Shown here piece after piece: positions 60,675 through 64,000 of a stretch of 64,000 bases of DNA. A program made the position numbers and the translations under genes. The notes beneath the pieces are model-generated. The model saw nothing but the letters and a program-made list of their open reading frames with translations. It did not search any database and had not been told where the DNA came from. Each line of letters starts with the position of its first letter. Position 1 is the stretch's first letter. The DNA comes from Orbicella franksi (Eukaryota): the NCBI GenBank assembly GCA_964199315.1, contig OZ116702.1, positions 8,928,001 through 8,992,000 of the forward strand. The letters are read 5' to 3'.

Positions 60675-61506
60675 AAGCAACTTCTATGTTCACCAAATAA
60701 GAATAAAATATTGCAATGCTCACTATAGTCATGCTTTTGCTCGTGCTTTTGCTCTCGAAAATTTTTACGGATTTGAGAAGTAAAAAAAAATATGCATTTA
60801 CTGGAACCTTAAACTCCACGCTAGAGAACATGCACGGGTTTGAAATTTTTTTCTCATCAGAACGTGGATCACCGTACATGTATTACTTGACTTTTTTAAA
60901 ACTGAATTGTTCGATTTAGTTTAGATCCACTGATTAACACATGCGTAGGAACATCGGCAGCAGCATCTGAAATGTATCCTTGAATATTCTCAGCTAGTCC
61001 AAACACTTGCCACACCCTGTCAGATCAATGCAAATAAGATCATGCATTAGTTTTTATTTTTACCTTTACACGTTATTGTACGATCCATTGCATAATAAGA
61101 ATTTTCACGACTACCCATTCAAATGGTCAAAATTTTGCTTCGCGACCATGTAGGGATCCATATACTTCGTTTCTATTGTGACACTGCTTGTCTGTAGAGG
61201 AAATTCAGCTCCTTCCCATTTCACAACTGAGTTGCCAGGAAAAATGAAGGTAAAATGTAACCCTTTTTTTAAACTAGGAGATATCAGGAAACCCGAATGT
61301 GCAATGAAAACGCAAATTTCTAAAACTGGGTTGTCTCGCTTTGGAGATAATAACCGATCACAATTCAGTTTTGGTCATGTCACGTGACGTTTAACGTGTA
61401 ATTATAACGCCTGATATTGAAAGAAATAGTCTACCGGGTTAATGAAAGGTTTCCTTTTTAAGTAAAATGTCACTTATCTATTCATTAATTTCATTTAGCA
61501 TCTACC

Positions 61507-64000
61507 TTAGGGTATCCTGTCTTTGACTCGCATCAAAATATTCTCTGAAAGCTGTAGGGCCTGCTCAGCCATCTGGGCCGAGTAAACTTCGTTTGGGATC
61601 TTGGGGAAGGACACCTGATCTGGATAACGCATGCGCGCGGAACTAAGAACAAGTCTCTCTAGACTACATGCTAAGTCGGTTAATTGGGAGTCATTTAAAC
61701 CATCGCAGTTCTGATCCAAGTTGTGGACACTAGTCTTGTCAGCATCTATTGTGTATTGAGCCGCCTTTAGTGCCTTCTCTGCTGCCTATAGGAGAACAAA
61801 TCCATACAAAGTATTCAACGGAGGCACTGGTTACCAATTCTATTCACGGAGATGTTAGCTGTACTTGAACATATAATAAACAATGTTTTGTAAAGGCGGT
61901 TGAAGAGAGAACACTTTCGCACATTCATTCTTTTTTTTTTCTAACACGATAACTGCCTGGCTAATACTTCAAGTAAGAATTGATTCATTTCGCGGTCTTT
62001 TATTCTCGATCCAACTTGTTGCCTTTCAGTGGTATATTTCTTTTGTACATGAAAGTAACAAAGATTGATCAAATGGCAAGCAAAGTACATATCAATTATT
62101 TTAAAAAAAAACTTAAGAATGGGAAATTCCGAAGTTGAGTTTTTATAGCCTTATGAATATCATTGCGGGTCTCTTAAATAAGTCTAAAATGATCTTTACC
62201 GGCAAATTAACCAAACAAAGCCTTTCTTACCTGATGGCATTTAAAGCATACCCACTCAAAAGAAGGCCTTCTGGAATCAATTTCATTTGTACCGGCTGCA
62301 AGGTCAGCTTCAGCCTGTCTGAACCAACGCTTAGCCTCTTCAGGCTGCGGATTTCTAAGGCAGAACCTTGGAGGAATTTGACGTGATGACGATTCCAAGG
62401 AAACGTCCAAATTAGCGAGTCTTTCTTTGTACTCCTCACGCCGCGTGCCATGCTCTATTGCACGTGTTACCCAAGCATCAATATATTCGTCGTAAGAGCC
62501 ACCCAGTTGCGAGATTGTATTCTTGATGTGCTCAAACGCCTCTGAGCAGAATTCTTCATCTCCCAAGTTCTTCTCTGGGTGCCAACGTAGAATTAGCCGC
62601 TTCACGATTTGTCGTTTTTGTTCTTCTGGTAGTCTCCATGCATCCTCCAGTTGCTCTGAAATCTCTCCAAAAATCGCCTCTTTGTTTCTGTTTCTGGGGC
62701 GTTCTTTCTCCCTTTCAGATATATCTTGTATACGGTGGAATTTGTACAAGACGGCAGCATTGACCTCAATCGGTTCTTTGTCGTATCCAATGTTGATTTG
62801 GTACATCTTTGTCAAGAGGATAGCATCTTCATCCATCACTTCGACCTCCTTGATAATCACAGCGTAGATGTACGTAGCGACCCCTTCCTCGAGTTGGAGA
62901 CTCGGGTCATGTAGCTGATAACCCACATATTCCCCAGGTTCAAATTCCAAAAAGGCGTCATTCAGCAGATGATGCTCCTCGATTGGAATAAAGCCACCTG
63001 GCTCTGCATAAATGCCCATATCTGTTCCATCATAGGTGTCATCTCGTCGAATGCGCCTCCTATCCAGTAGAGGCCATATGTCACCAAGCGGACAATGCAA
63101 CATCTCAGGAATTAGTACCATTTTCTTTCCCAGAAGCTCACCATAAATCTCTTCAATTACCTGGGCTATCAAGGAGGCAGCGTTGCTCATTCCTGTTACA
63201 GAATTCAAATACACCTTCAACTTTTCCTTGCCAGACACCACAACTTTCTCTTGAAAGAATGGTACATCTTCCTCACTTCCGGAAATGAGTTGACCGTTGT
63301 GAAAGAGTGAGGTTTTAAGGCTTTCTACGGCACAAAGCTCTATGTTTCGAAGACCATATTCAATATCAGCGGCTATTCCTTCATCAAATTGCTTCTTCTG
63401 CGAGTCAACGTGTCGAACAATTCTGATAATGCCCTGTACAAATTGAGCAGACAAAAGCCTCGTCGTCAATGCACTGACAGCCCCACTTGTCACTATTGCA
63501 CCGTCGGTGAGTTTTTCTTTTACCACAGAGGACAGCATCACTGGTTGTAAAGGTGTAGGCAATTTCATCATTAGCTCTTCGTAGTTTGTCATGGCAGATT
63601 TTGGTCTGGCATCCAGCAGGCTAAGCTCAAGCACAAAACGTATGTTGAGCCTCGCGATCCTTGGTCCGTAAGCAGGTACATCATCGAAAACCAGCTCGGT
63701 GGACTTGTGCAAAGTCATAGGGATTTTTTTCAGAGGCTTATCAGAGGAGCGCGTTTCTGGAAACTTTGGTGGTAGGTACAGATATTCAGGAAACGTCGCT
63801 GGTAAGTACAGATTACATACTGCTGACGCTTCAACAGGATCGTCTTGAAGCCTTGCAAAGAAACCTTTCACTGCCTTGGAACACATTCTTATTTCATTTT
63901 GGTGCAATTTGTCATCCCGGCTACTTTCCTGCAACATCTCCAAAACCATGGCATAATGGGTAGCTCGAACAGCCTTGGAACAGCCCAGGTACTCAAACAA
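61507..64000 (-). CDS. SACS: Sacsin-like gene, copy 4, 3' end (runs off the right edge). Exons: 62231->64000 and 61507-61785. J-like and HEPN domains
   Basis: Open 590-codon segment colinear with copy 3 (35492-37260). Donor CATCAG|GTAAGA, acceptor CTATAG|GCAGCA, 279-nt terminal exon ending RVKDRIP*. Confidence 0.92.

Overview
Eukaryotic, spliced, AT-rich genomic DNA. The repeat content and gene family suggest a scleractinian coral or related cnidarian (inference). The whole window is a head-to-tail tandem array of sacsin-like genes on the minus strand, with a unit of about 27 kb (stop to stop 34821 to 61507). Each gene encodes three Hsp90-like/GHKL sacsin repeating regions, a J-like domain and a HEPN domain. 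Four copies are visible. Copy 1 (<1..5829) is the 5' part and is open so far. Copy 2 (17028..20892) is a remnant that lost about 15 kb from mid exon 5 to beyond the stop, and its inferred start codon reads GTG. Copy 3 (34821..51304) is complete, with 8 exons, an 11.2-kb exon and 4472 codons, interrupted by one in-frame TAG at 37343-37345. Copy 4 (61507..>64000) is the open 3' end. The intergenic DNA is paralogous between units and carries recurrent modules of tandem STAT-type GAS motifs (TTCN3GAA) next to a CRE-like site. It also holds many transposon insertions whose empty sites are visible in sister units: PIF/Harbinger MITEs, a 2.5-kb foldback/MULE-like element and a 3.3-kb AcademX remnant. 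A minimal hammerhead ribozyme lies at 7203..7247. Birth-and-death of copies, a hypervariable patch in the HEPN domain, an HPD-to-HPE J motif and GAS modules together suggest (inference) a STAT-inducible, rapidly diversifying ATPase-HEPN immune/stress effector cluster. No prokaryotic genes, rRNA, tRNA or CRISPR arrays are supported.
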